A stretch of 64,000 nucleotides of DNA from Deltaproteobacteria bacterium (GTDB lineage Bacteria; Desulfobacterota; Syntrophia; Syntrophales; UBA2210): assembly GCA_019313385.1 (NCBI GenBank), contig JAFDBG010000001.1, positions 2,667 through 66,666 on the forward strand, written 5' to 3'. The notes under the pieces are model-generated. The model ran no database searches and was not told the origin of the DNA. It saw only the letters and a list, made by a program, of their open reading frames with translations. This document shows, piece by piece, positions 9,383-18,232 of the stretch. The position numbers and the translations under genes were made by a program. Position 1 is the first letter of the stretch, and every line of letters starts with the position of its first letter.

Positions 9383-10444
9383 GTGACAATTCCGGCCTCC
9401 CCATGGACCATGATGGCAAGAGCCTGGTTCAAAGTGCTTCCCGATACTCATCGCTGTTTGAATAAGTGGAAAACCCTTGCGAAGCAGATCCCGGATCCGG
9501 AACTTCGGAGACAGGCGTTGATGAGCATAAGAACAAAAACTTTTCATTGTGAGGGTGGATCTGCCTATGGATTGCTGGCAGGTGATAAACGCGAAGTGGC
9601 TATTCGTTTTATTGTCGCGTATCAGACTATCAGCGATTATCTCGATAATCTGTGTGATCGCAGTACGTCTTCAGACCCTGCCGATTTTCGCGCGCTTCAT
9701 GAGTCGATGCTTCACGCGTTAACGCCCGGAACCAATTGTACCGATTATTATCGATTCAGGGATAAGCAGGATGATGGAGGATATCTGGTATCGCTCGTGA
9801 CGACATGTCAGGATGTATTAGAAAAACTGCCCGCATATGATAAAGTCTCTCCAGCACTCCATGAATTGGCGGGTTATTATTGTAACTTACAGGTGAATAA
9901 GCATGTGAAAGAGGAGGAGCGTGTTCCTCGTTTGAAGGAGTGCTTTGAGGCGCACCGTGCTGACCTGTCGGCAATGAGATGGTATGAATTTTCGGCATGT
10001 TGTGGTTCAACTCTTGGTATCTTCTGTCTGGTTTCCTGCGCGCTCCATGAGCAGTGCTCTGATAATCTGGTGTCGCGCATAAAAGAGGCTTATTTCCCAT
10101 GGGTTCAGGGATTCCATATCCTTCTGGATTACTTTATCGATCAGGAAGAAGATCTAATTGAGGGGGACCTGAATTTTTGTTCTTATTACAGGGATGAGGA
10201 AGAGTTACTGAGACGGTTGACACATTTTTTTAATCAGGCGGATATAAACATCTCCGGATTGCCCAATCCGGAATTTCATCGGATGGTTAACCGTGGATTA
10301 TTTGCCATCTACCTCTCGGACAAAAAAGTGAGCAGGCAGGAGAACGTACAGAGGATAGCGAAAAAGATCATTCGTCTCGGTGGATGGGCGACATATTTTT
10401 TCTACGTGAATGGATGGATCTATCGGAGGGTTAAACGGACATAG
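9383..10444 (+). CDS. YtpB-like protein (DUF2600 / tetraprenyl-beta-curcumene synthase family)
   Basis: GTG start preceded by AAGGAG. The blocks KTFHCEGGSAYGLLAG, VAYQTISDYLDNLCDRSTS, YYCNLQVNKHV, WYEFSACCGSTLGIFCL and LLDYFIDQEEDLIEGDLNFCSYY match my recollection of Bacillus subtilis YtpB. No alignment was run. Confidence 0.7.
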   Translation: MTIPASPWTMMARAWFKVLPDTHRCLNKWKTLAKQIPDPELRRQALMSIRTKTFHCEGGSAYGLLAGDKREVAIRFIVAYQTISDYLDNLCDRSTSSDPADFRALHESMLHALTPGTNCTDYYRFRDKQDDGGYLVSLVTTCQDVLEKLPAYDKVSPALHELAGYYCNLQVNKHVKEEERVPRLKECFEAHRADLSAMRWYEFSACCGSTLGIFCLVSCALHEQCSDNLVSRIKEAYFPWVQGFHILLDYFIDQEEDLIEGDLNFCSYYRDEEELLRRLTHFFNQADINISGLPNPEFHRMVNRGLFAIYLSDKKVSRQENVQRIAKKIIRLGGWATYFFYVNGWIYRRVKRT

Positions 10445-10531
10445 CATATTCAGGATATTATTTCCGTGGTCCCTAACTCTCTTGACTGAATGGATGGGCT
10501 GTGTTAGATTTTCTCCGTTGCATGGAAGGCT

Positions 10532-11011
10532 ATGATGGAATTTACGCATCTTGATGAAAATAACAGGCCGAAGATGGTCGATGTAACTGCCAAGGAGCCC
10601 ACCCTGAGGGAGGCTGTTGCCAGCGGCAGAGTACTGATGAGGCCCGATACCGTAAGAGCCATTGAATCGGGTGGTGTTTCAAAGGGTAACGTCTATGCCA
10701 CCGCGAAGATCGCGGGAATCATGGCTGCCAAGAAAACAAGCGATATTATTCCGATGTGTCACCCCCTAGAACTTACCGGGATTGACATTGATTTTTCGAG
10801 TAATATTGAGAAGGGTGAAATCACTATTAATGCAAGCGCTAAGACCTTTCATAGAACGGGCGTAGAGATGGAGGCCATGACGGCGGTGAGCGTGGCCGCG
10901 CTCACGATATATGATATGTGCAAATCCGCGGACAGGGCGATTGTGCTGTCTGATATAAAGCTGCTGAAAAAGAGCGGGGGCAAAAGCGGTACTTTTGTGA
11001 GAGAAGAGTAG
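10532..11011 (+). CDS. moaC: cyclic pyranopterin monophosphate synthase MoaC
   Basis: 159 aa, with MVDVTAKEPTLREAVA..., IAGIMAAKKTSDIIPMCHPL and GVEMEAMTAVSVAALTIYDMCK, all typical of MoaC. Confidence 0.93.
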   Translation: MMEFTHLDENNRPKMVDVTAKEPTLREAVASGRVLMRPDTVRAIESGGVSKGNVYATAKIAGIMAAKKTSDIIPMCHPLELTGIDIDFSSNIEKGEITINASAKTFHRTGVEMEAMTAVSVAALTIYDMCKSADRAIVLSDIKLLKKSGGKSGTFVREE

Positions 11012-11017
11012 CCTGCC

Positions 11018-11533
11018 ATGGAAGCAAACACCTATAAAACGAGAGGCGCGTTTCTTCTTCCCATTTTTCTGGACTCGGTGTTTCTCCTTGTACTATTGGC
11101 GATCTCCATGTTTGACAGGAGGTTTCCTTCTGAGACTGTGGTTCTTTCCATTATATTGGTCCCTACCCTTTATATTTTTCTTGGATCGGCCCGGCGCAGA
11201 ACAACCATTGGAGATGATAATATCAGGATAAGAAAGCTTTTCAGGGTAAAGCAGCTCCGGTGGGAAGAGATTACCAATGTAGACGTTCTGACTTTGCATA
11301 AGAAGGTTTATCTATTGCTGACCACTACGAGAGGATTTCACACGTTGGCCAACTCCCATGAGAATTTTACCTCTCTTGTGAAAGATGTTGTCCGGTATGT
11401 CGATCATGAAAAGGTCGAAGAGGGTGTTCGGAATGTTATCGAACATCCGGTAAGAAGGATGTCAGATATAGTATCCGCGTGGGTTGCGTTTGTTATTCTT
11501 CTGGGGGCAATTGCCCTGAAGATTGCCTGTTAA
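11018..11533 (+). CDS. membrane protein with central PH-like domain (hypothetical)
   Basis: Two N-terminal TM helices and one C-terminal TM helix. The middle part (IGDDNIRIRKLFRVKQLRWEEITNVDVL...) resembles bacterial PH (YdbS/T-like) domains. It is tightly packed after moaC. Confidence 0.55.
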   Translation: MEANTYKTRGAFLLPIFLDSVFLLVLLAISMFDRRFPSETVVLSIILVPTLYIFLGSARRRTTIGDDNIRIRKLFRVKQLRWEEITNVDVLTLHKKVYLLLTTTRGFHTLANSHENFTSLVKDVVRYVDHEKVEEGVRNVIEHPVRRMSDIVSAWVAFVILLGAIALKIAC

Positions 11534-11566
11534 ACTATTCATTCATATACCTCAAGAGAACATTTT

Positions 11567-11857
11567 ATGAGCAAGCGGGAACAGATCAAAGCGGTAATTT
11601 GTGAAGAAATTGATAAAACATCTTTTCCTCTTATAGAAGAGGTTCTCGAAAAGAGGATTGACAAGGTCGTTACGATTCTTGGTTGCGGGGGGAACGGCAG
11701 TGATGGGGTATATGACGAAGTCCTGTCAATGGTCGAAAAGGCCCTGATAAGGATTGCAATGAGACGCTCTAATAATGTAAAAATAGCCGCCGCCGATTTC
11801 CTCGGTATAAACAGAAATACTCTTCATTCTAAGATAAAAAAACTAAAGATACGATAA
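11567..11857 (+). CDS. Fis-family small DNA-binding protein
   Basis: 96 aa. The C-terminal HTH AAADFLGINRNTLHSKIKKLKI is Fis/NtrC-type. Confidence 0.7.
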   Translation: MSKREQIKAVICEEIDKTSFPLIEEVLEKRIDKVVTILGCGGNGSDGVYDEVLSMVEKALIRIAMRRSNNVKIAAADFLGINRNTLHSKIKKLKIR

Positions 11858-12109
11858 TAACCCACTTACAAAGATCTCACCCCAAAGGTGCGAGACCTTT
11901 GTAATACTCCTGTGCCACCCCTCTTGATTTTAAGATTTTCCCGTAGTGTCGTGTCAATCAAGAAATATCATTTCGCCCGCGGGGAGCTATAGTGCCCGTC
12001 AGGGTGAGATCTAAGATTCCTCAGTAGTGAAACCTCCTTCGCGATGACAAAGTATCGTTGGCATGACAGTAGAGAAGATTTATATTGCGGCCCGCCACTT
12101 TGGAAGTGG

Positions 12110-12910
12110 TCAGAGAAGTCTTTTGTCGGCCGGGTTGATACTACCCAGTATGCGGATCATGCTGTCATGTATTTTTCCGTTTGACGCCAGTATGCCTGGA
12201 GAGTCGAGACGGTAGGGATTGCCGAAAATATCGGTTATGGTTCCGCCCGCCTCATTTACGAGGAGCCATCCGGCCGCTGTATCCCATGGATGCAGTTTGA
12301 GTTCCCAGAAACCGTCGAAGCGGCCCGCCGCTGTGTGGGCCAGATCAAGTGCCGCGGATCCGGCACGACGAATAGCCTGGGCCTCCAGGGCCATCCCACC
12401 AAAATAGTTGATGTTATTATTCGGGTTCCTCCATATGTCATAAGGAAAGCCGGTTGCCAGCAGGCTTCTCGAAATCTTCGTAGTCTTGGAAACTGAAATA
12501 CTCGAACCGTTCATGAATGCCCCTTCGCCCTTTTCGGCCACAAACAGTTCCTCTGATATAGGATTGTATATGACACCTGTTCTGACCGCTCCGTCTTTTT
12601 CCAGAGCAATCGAGACGCAAAAAACGGGGAATCCGTGGGCATAGTTGGTCGTTCCGTCGAGTGGATCAATTATCCATCTGTATCGGGAGCCTTTCTTTAT
12701 CTCCGTCGACTCCTCCGACAGTATATTATGATCGGAGAATTTCCGGCTGATTTCCGTTATCAATATCTTTTCGGACATCCTGTCAGCCTCTGTAACGAGA
12801 TCGATTTCTCCTTTGTAATCTATCTCGTGGCTCTCACTGAATCTATCTTTCAGAACCGCTCCTGCCATCCTGGCTATGGATATGGCAAATTCCCCATATT
12901 CTGTCATCAT
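12110..12910 (-). CDS. suhB: inositol monophosphatase family protein (SuhB-like)
   Basis: Motifs LVTEADRMSE, WIIDPLDGTTNYAHG and HPWDTAAG. Confidence 0.9.
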   Translation of the reverse strand: MMTEYGEFAISIARMAGAVLKDRFSESHEIDYKGEIDLVTEADRMSEKILITEISRKFSDHNILSEESTEIKKGSRYRWIIDPLDGTTNYAHGFPVFCVSIALEKDGAVRTGVIYNPISEELFVAEKGEGAFMNGSSISVSKTTKISRSLLATGFPYDIWRNPNNNINYFGGMALEAQAIRRAGSAALDLAHTAAGRFDGFWELKLHPWDTAAGWLLVNEAGGTITDIFGNPYRLDSPGILASNGKIHDSMIRILGSINPADKRLL

Positions 12911-13034
12911 ACTTCTCCTTGATTAGGTATTGTAGGGGGATTCTTAACACGATTTTGCAAAAAAGTTGAAACAAATTCTGTTGCTTCACGTGTGGATTAA
13001 TGATAGACATTTTAATATTTTTAAAGGAATCGGT

Positions 13035-14018
13035 GTGTCGGCTGCTATGGATGAGAAGGAAAATGGCATTGATTTGGAAAAAATGGATGTCAGTTTGGAA
13101 AATCCCACTTTGGATCTGAAAGCGATCAGAGAATCCAGGGGACTTATCTTAAAGGATATGTCCTCCTCCACGAAAGTGAGTCTTTCAAATCTTAAGGCTA
13201 TCGAAGAGCAAAAATTTGAACTGCTTCCAGATCCAATATATGCCAAGGCTTTTATCGGCGCGTATGCCCGTTCACTTGATATTGATGGCGAAGAGTTACT
13301 CTCGCTCTATGATAAATATCTGGAAAGTCTGGAGCCCGACAAAAACCAGAATGAAATATTAAAAAGACTCGCAGGGAAAAAGCGTCACGAGAAATACTGG
13401 ATCTGGCTGACGATTGCATCATGTGTGATAGTAATCACAGGATTTTTCTACCTCAATCACTGGAGTTTCGACGACAGTCGGGAAATGAGAGAACTGGCGC
13501 CTGTCGGGGAGATTGAAAGTACCGAGAAGCTTCAGGATTTCTCCGGGGATGTGCCAGCACTGGAGAAAGATGACAAGATACTGGAGACAGTTGATCCCGA
13601 TTTATCGGGATCAACAGACATTTCTGATGTGGATGACATAAAAGACACAGGTCAGGTGATCGAAAAAGACAGACAGCCGGAGATTGAAGGTGAGCGGCCA
13701 ACGGAAGAAACCACTCCCGACGAAACTGTGGTCGGTGAAGAAGATGTTCCAGATGAAGCTGTAGCCAGTGGGAAAGCGCCTTATACCCTTGTAATAGAAG
13801 CGTCGGAATTGACCTGGATACAGATAAACCGGGATGGAAAGCCTCCCTTTGAGGTCATGTTGCGACCGGGAGAGAGGATTACAGAAAAGGCGTCGGAGAA
13901 ATTCGGGCTGATCATTGGCAATGCGGCGGGTGTGGATATCAGTTTTCAGGGAAAGCCACTCGGCATTATAGGGAAGCACGGGGAGGTTGTGCACCTGATA
14001 CTGCCGGCGGATATGTAA
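13035..14018 (+). CDS. rodZ: RodZ-like cytoskeleton protein (HTH + TM + acidic linker + DUF4115)
   Basis: N-terminal XRE-type HTH (LKAIRESRGLILKDMSSSTKVSLSNLKAIEEQKFELLPDPIYAKAFIGAYARSL), a TM helix (YWIWLTIASCVIVITGFFYL), an acidic linker and a C-terminal DUF4115-like beta domain. The start is uncertain. GTG 13035 is preceded by AAGGA and ATG 13047 is an alternative. The track start 12966 is unlikely. Confidence 0.85.
   Translation: MSAAMDEKENGIDLEKMDVSLENPTLDLKAIRESRGLILKDMSSSTKVSLSNLKAIEEQKFELLPDPIYAKAFIGAYARSLDIDGEELLSLYDKYLESLEPDKNQNEILKRLAGKKRHEKYWIWLTIASCVIVITGFFYLNHWSFDDSREMRELAPVGEIESTEKLQDFSGDVPALEKDDKILETVDPDLSGSTDISDVDDIKDTGQVIEKDRQPEIEGERPTEETTPDETVVGEEDVPDEAVASGKAPYTLVIEASELTWIQINRDGKPPFEVMLRPGERITEKASEKFGLIIGNAAGVDISFQGKPLGIIGKHGEVVHLILPADM
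13590..13615. repeat. 26-nt inverted repeat (12+2+12) inside the rodZ linker; member of the TCCCGAT-TT-ATCGGGA palindrome family
   Basis: GTTGATCCCGAT-TT-ATCGGGATCAAC. The arms are perfectly complementary. It encodes VDPDLSGST of the RodZ linker. Confidence 0.8.
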
Positions 14019-14158
14019 AACAGGTATTGACAGGGATTGCCTTATAACCTAATCTTAGACGATAGAGACCATCGAAAGCCCCGATTTATCGGCAGAGGAT
14101 TTTAAAACAACTGGAAGACAGGGGATGAAAATACCCTGTACCAAGAGGAGAATCAAGT

Positions 14159-14350
14159 ATGTTCGGAATAGGCATGCCAGAGTTGTTGATTATCCTGGTG
14201 ATTATTCTTATTATCTTTGGTGCTGGAAAGCTTCCTGAAATAGGAGGAGCCATAGGCAAGGGCATCAAAAACTTCAAAAAATCTTTCCAGGATAACGATG
14301 GGGTGGAAGACACCGAAGATCCCAAGAAGATCAATGACGATAGAAAATAA
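14159..14350 (+). CDS. tatA: twin-arginine translocase subunit TatA/E
   Basis: [43 protein letters not shown]: a TM helix, an FG hinge and an amphipathic helix. 63 aa. Confidence 0.9.
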   Translation: MFGIGMPELLIILVIILIIFGAGKLPEIGGAIGKGIKNFKKSFQDNDGVEDTEDPKKINDDRK

Positions 14351-14437
14351 ACACAACCGTTGACGGCTGTCGGTTCACAGTCCCCTGTTTTTCAACCGTG
14401 AACCGATAACTGCAGACCGTGAACGGCTATAACTAAA

Positions 14438-14472
14438 CCACTCCGTGGCGGAACGCGGAGTGGCGTTTTGTT
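14438..14472 (+). terminator. intrinsic terminator after tatA (possibly also serving convergent ssb)
   Basis: A 10-bp stem (14438-14447 pairs with 14454-14463, CCACTCCGTG / CGCGGAGTGG, one G-U pair) with a 6-nt loop, followed by CGTTTTGTT. Confidence 0.6.
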
Positions 14473-14505
14473 ATTAATCAACCAAACCCCGGCAAATTAA
14501 ACCCG

Positions 14506-14931
14506 TTAAAAGGGAACGTCATCTTCAAATATCGCCGCTCCCGCAGGGGATGAGATCCCTTTACCCTGTCTTTCTGCCTGCCCATTCGATTGATAGGCGC
14601 CCTGTTCCTTTCTTTCCAGCATCTGCATGTTGGAGGCAACTATCTCTGTGGTGTAACGTTTGTTACCATCCTTATCATTCCAATTCCTTGTTTGCAGCCG
14701 GCCTTCTATATAGACCAGTCTCCCCTTGGCTAGATAGCTGCCGCAGATCTCCGCCAGTTTCCTGAAAGTGACGATCCTGTGCCACTCTGTTTTCTGAACC
14801 TTTTCCCCATTCTTGTCCTTCCATTGTTCATCAGTGGCCAGGTTGAAATTGGTTACCATCGCACCATCCTGGGCGTATCTTACCTCCGGATCCGCTCCCA
14901 GTCTTCCAATCAATATAACTTTGTTAACCAT
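14506..14931 (-). CDS. ssb: single-stranded DNA-binding protein
   Basis: [19 protein letters not shown]... OB fold, a Gly/Gln-rich tail and the acidic C-terminus FEDDVPF. Confidence 0.95.
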   Translation of the reverse strand: MVNKVILIGRLGADPEVRYAQDGAMVTNFNLATDEQWKDKNGEKVQKTEWHRIVTFRKLAEICGSYLAKGRLVYIEGRLQTRNWNDKDGNKRYTTEIVASNMQMLERKEQGAYQSNGQAERQGKGISSPAGAAIFEDDVPF

Positions 14932-15097
14932 TTGTCTCTCCTCGTAGTTTCTTTATAAAATAGTGTAAATTGTATTGCTCAACGGGATCGCTGTCAATGA
15001 ATTATTTATGATTTTATGTTAGCATACAGATTATATATTATCCATTGACTTCATTTGTGTTATTAAGTACAAAAATCGGGCGCGTCAAGTGATTGTG

Positions 15098-15113
15098 TCC
15101 CGATTTATCGGGA
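15098..15113. repeat. 16-nt palindrome TCCCGAT-TT-ATCGGGA upstream of uppP
   Basis: It is identical to the 16-mer core of the rodZ-internal palindrome (13594-13609). It lies about 25-40 nt upstream of the uppP ORF. Confidence 0.75.
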
Positions 15114-15137
15114 TTTGACAATTAACACCATATTCTT

Positions 15138-15986
15138 TTGAGCGACAGGAAAGGAACAATTTTGAATCTTTGGGACGGGATCCTGCTTGGTGTAATACAG
15201 GGGCTGACGGAATTTCTTCCAGTGAGCAGCTCCGGCCATCTGGTAATAGTGCAAAGTTTTATGAAGGGGTTTCAGCAGCCCGGAGTAGTGTTTGATGTTA
15301 TGCTGCATTTCGGGACGCTTCTGGCTGTGCTGGTTTTTTTCAGGAAAGAAATTCTGGATATCCTGATATCACTCATACCGGTAGGATGGTTCCGGAACTC
15401 CAAGAGAGGCCTTGACAGCATGCAGGTACGTTCTGGAAGGAAAATGGCCCTCTATATCATCACAGGGACGGTATTTACAGGGATTATAGGTCTCTCATGT
15501 GAGGATAGGATACACCATCTTTTTACCTCCGCAACAACAGTTTCTTTTATGCTGCTTATCACCGGTTTGCTGCTGTTTCTGTCTGACAGATTTCAGGGCG
15601 GCAGGGTGGAAAAGGACATGAATATAATCGACAGCGTGGTGATCGGAATTGTTCAGGGAATTTCGCTGATCCCTGGAATATCAAGATCCGGCTCCACGAT
15701 AGCCTTTGGCATCTTCAGGGGACTGGATGGCCAGACAGCGGCCAGATTTTCATTCCTGCTCTCCATCCCCGCAATATTGGGTGCAGTTGTGCTTGAGTCA
15801 AAATATATTGGGATGATACCTCCGGGTGATATGGCGGTATATTTTACCGGGATGGTTGTCGCCGCTGTGACCGGTTTTCTGACGCTGAAACTTCTGCTCT
15901 TTATAATAAGCAAACATAAGTTGAGTATATTTGCTTATTACTGCTGGATTCTTGGAATTTCCACATTGATTATTAAGGCAATTTAA
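15138..15986 (+). CDS. uppP: undecaprenyl-diphosphate phosphatase (UppP/BacA)
   Basis: GVIQGLTEFLPVSSSGHL, GISRSGSTI, and 8 predicted TM helices. The start is uncertain: TTG 15138 or TTG 15162. Confidence 0.9.
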   Translation: MSDRKGTILNLWDGILLGVIQGLTEFLPVSSSGHLVIVQSFMKGFQQPGVVFDVMLHFGTLLAVLVFFRKEILDILISLIPVGWFRNSKRGLDSMQVRSGRKMALYIITGTVFTGIIGLSCEDRIHHLFTSATTVSFMLLITGLLLFLSDRFQGGRVEKDMNIIDSVVIGIVQGISLIPGISRSGSTIAFGIFRGLDGQTAARFSFLLSIPAILGAVVLESKYIGMIPPGDMAVYFTGMVVAAVTGFLTLKLLLFIISKHKLSIFAYYCWILGISTLIIKAI

Positions 15987-15993
15987 ATTAGTC

Positions 15994-18231
15994 TTGTTGG
16001 CCATCAGGGGGTTGAATTTGAGCAAAAAACACGCAGACGGAGAGAACAGACGGATAAAGGAAATGACAGGTGTCGTATCCCTCGCCCTTGCTGCTTTTGT
16101 CTTTCTATGCCTCTTTTCCTATAATCCCCATGACCCCTCCCTCACGCACTATGTAGCCGGCAAGGTTGCGGTAGCCAATTACGGGGGCCTTGCAGGCTCC
16201 TATCTCTCGGATGGCATGCTCAAAATTTTCGGAATGACGTCCTATCTTGTGCCCGTGTTGCTTGTGCTGTTTTCTTTCAAACTGTTTCTCGGCGGGAAGT
16301 TCGGGATGGCCTTCTCTCCCATTTTTGGTTTTATCGGCCTTGTGTTTGCCATATCGGCGCTTCTGGCGGAAGAGTATGGCACTATCTCTTTTTCCGGCGT
16401 GGATTTTAACGCGGGCGGACTTCTCGGGAAGTATTCGTTGAAAGTATTGTATACCTATCTGAACCAGATAGGAACCGACATTGTTCTGGTTGTTATACTA
16501 ATGATATCCTTAATGGTTACGCTTGATGTCTCTCTTGTAGACCTTGTGAGGAGACTGGCAATACTGCTGTCGAGCACACTTCTGAGACTCAAGACATTTG
16601 TGGTGGTCGGGATGGGGAGAGTGAGAAGGAAAAAGGCTGTCACAAAACATAAAAAATCCGGAGTGTCGAGAAATATCCCGGTTATCTCCGATGAGGTTGG
16701 GCAGAAGGAAGGGAAGCAAAAGGACGAGCAGGCCGCCTTCGAATTTTTGCATCTGGAAGGAACTTTTGCGCTTCCTTCACTGGACCTTCTTGACAAGGTA
16801 GAGATCAGGAATACGAGAATGAAGAGAGAAAGTCTTATCATGAATTCTCGTATCCTTGAGAAAAAGCTGGCGGATTTCGGGGTGGAAGGCAACGTCACAG
16901 AGGTGAAACCGGGTCCTGTTGTCACCATGTACGAGCTTGAACCGGCAGCCGGTGTAAAGATAAATAAGATAACCAATCTTTCCGATGACCTGGCCCTGGC
17001 ATTAAAAGCGCAGAGTATCAGGATATTAGCGCCTATTCCTGGTAAGGCCGCAATCGGTATCGAAATTCCCAACCAGGAGAGAGAACCGGTATATCTCAGA
17101 GATGTTCTCGAGAGTGAAGAATTCCTGGAATCAAAATTCAAATTACCTATAGCACTTGGAAAGAATATTACCGGGAAAACTGTGATAGCTGATCTTGCCA
17201 GGATGCCTCATCTTCTTATCGCGGGGACAACCGGTTCGGGCAAGAGTGTATCTCTCAACGCCATGATATGCAGTATACTGTTCAAGGCAACGCCGGACGA
17301 AGTAAAGTTTATAATGATTGACCCGAAAAGACTTGAATTGTCAGGGTATGAAGGGATACCGCATCTCCTTCACCCGGTGGTAGCCAATCCCAAGGAGGCG
17401 GCAAAGGCGCTGCAATGGACCGTCGATGAGATGGAAAGACGGTATGCCGCAATAGCCACTATGGGTGTTAAGAGCATAGAGCGATACAACACAATGGTTG
17501 AGAAGGAACGAAGCGAGGCCAAAAAGCAGATGTCAGGGGTTTCTGCCCCGGCTTCAGGAGAAGAATCCGAAATAGGCCCGGAGAAATTGCCTTACATAAT
17601 TGTTATTATAGATGAACTGGCCGACCTGATGATGGTGGCCCAGAGGAACGTTGAAACATCTCTTGCCCGGATCGCGCAGATGGCACGAGCCGCGGGGATA
17701 CATCTCATCCTGGCTACACAGAGACCCTCCGTTGATGTTATTACCGGTATCATAAAGGCCAATTTCCCCACGCGTATATCGTTTCAGGTATCATCAAAAG
17801 TTGATTCGAGGACGATACTTGACCAGCTCGGTGCCGAGAAACTCCTCGGGGCGGGTGATATGCTTTTTGTTCCACCTGGTACATCCAACCTTGCGCGCAT
17901 TCATGGCGCTTTTGTTTCTGATAGAGAGATTACAAAAATTGTAAGCTTTATTGCAAAGCAGGGGAAGCCCTCCTACGATGAATCGATATCTCATTATAGC
18001 CCGGAACAAGAAGGGGCAAGGGCGGAAGAAGAGTTTGATGAAAAATATGATGAGGCGGTCGAACTGGTTACCGATCTGGGGCAGGCCTCCATCTCTATGG
18101 TTCAACGATATATGAAGATAGGCTATAACAGGGCCGCCCGCATTGTGGAAAAGATGGAATCCGAAGGTGTCGTCGGTCCATCGGACGGCGCCAAACCTCG
18201 CAAGGTACTGGCCGGAAAGCTTCCCCGATAA
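15994..18231 (+). CDS. ftsK: DNA translocase FtsK
   Basis: N-terminal TM helices, a linker, a motor domain with Walker A GTTGSGKSV and Walker B VIIDELADLMM, and a C-terminal gamma domain (ISMVQRYMKIGYNRAARIVEKMESEG). Confidence 0.93.
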   Translation: MLAIRGLNLSKKHADGENRRIKEMTGVVSLALAAFVFLCLFSYNPHDPSLTHYVAGKVAVANYGGLAGSYLSDGMLKIFGMTSYLVPVLLVLFSFKLFLGGKFGMAFSPIFGFIGLVFAISALLAEEYGTISFSGVDFNAGGLLGKYSLKVLYTYLNQIGTDIVLVVILMISLMVTLDVSLVDLVRRLAILLSSTLLRLKTFVVVGMGRVRRKKAVTKHKKSGVSRNIPVISDEVGQKEGKQKDEQAAFEFLHLEGTFALPSLDLLDKVEIRNTRMKRESLIMNSRILEKKLADFGVEGNVTEVKPGPVVTMYELEPAAGVKINKITNLSDDLALALKAQSIRILAPIPGKAAIGIEIPNQEREPVYLRDVLESEEFLESKFKLPIALGKNITGKTVIADLARMPHLLIAGTTGSGKSVSLNAMICSILFKATPDEVKFIMIDPKRLELSGYEGIPHLLHPVVANPKEAAKALQWTVDEMERRYAAIATMGVKSIERYNTMVEKERSEAKKQMSGVSAPASGEESEIGPEKLPYIIVIIDELADLMMVAQRNVETSLARIAQMARAAGIHLILATQRPSVDVITGIIKANFPTRISFQVSSKVDSRTILDQLGAEKLLGAGDMLFVPPGTSNLARIHGAFVSDREITKIVSFIAKQGKPSYDESISHYSPEQEGARAEEEFDEKYDEAVELVTDLGQASISMVQRYMKIGYNRAARIVEKMESEGVVGPSDGAKPRKVLAGKLPR

Positions 18232-18232
18232 A

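Noticed and set aside
12966-13034. Upstream extensions of several track ORFs (rodZ 12966, rimO 18143, thiolase 40631, hbd 42097, acyl-CoA dehydrogenase 43888, ubiE 21774, gatC 28398)
   Set aside because: These extensions start at the first possible codon after an upstream stop. They overlap neighbouring genes or terminators and lack an RBS. Downstream starts with good SD sequences and conserved N-termini were preferred.
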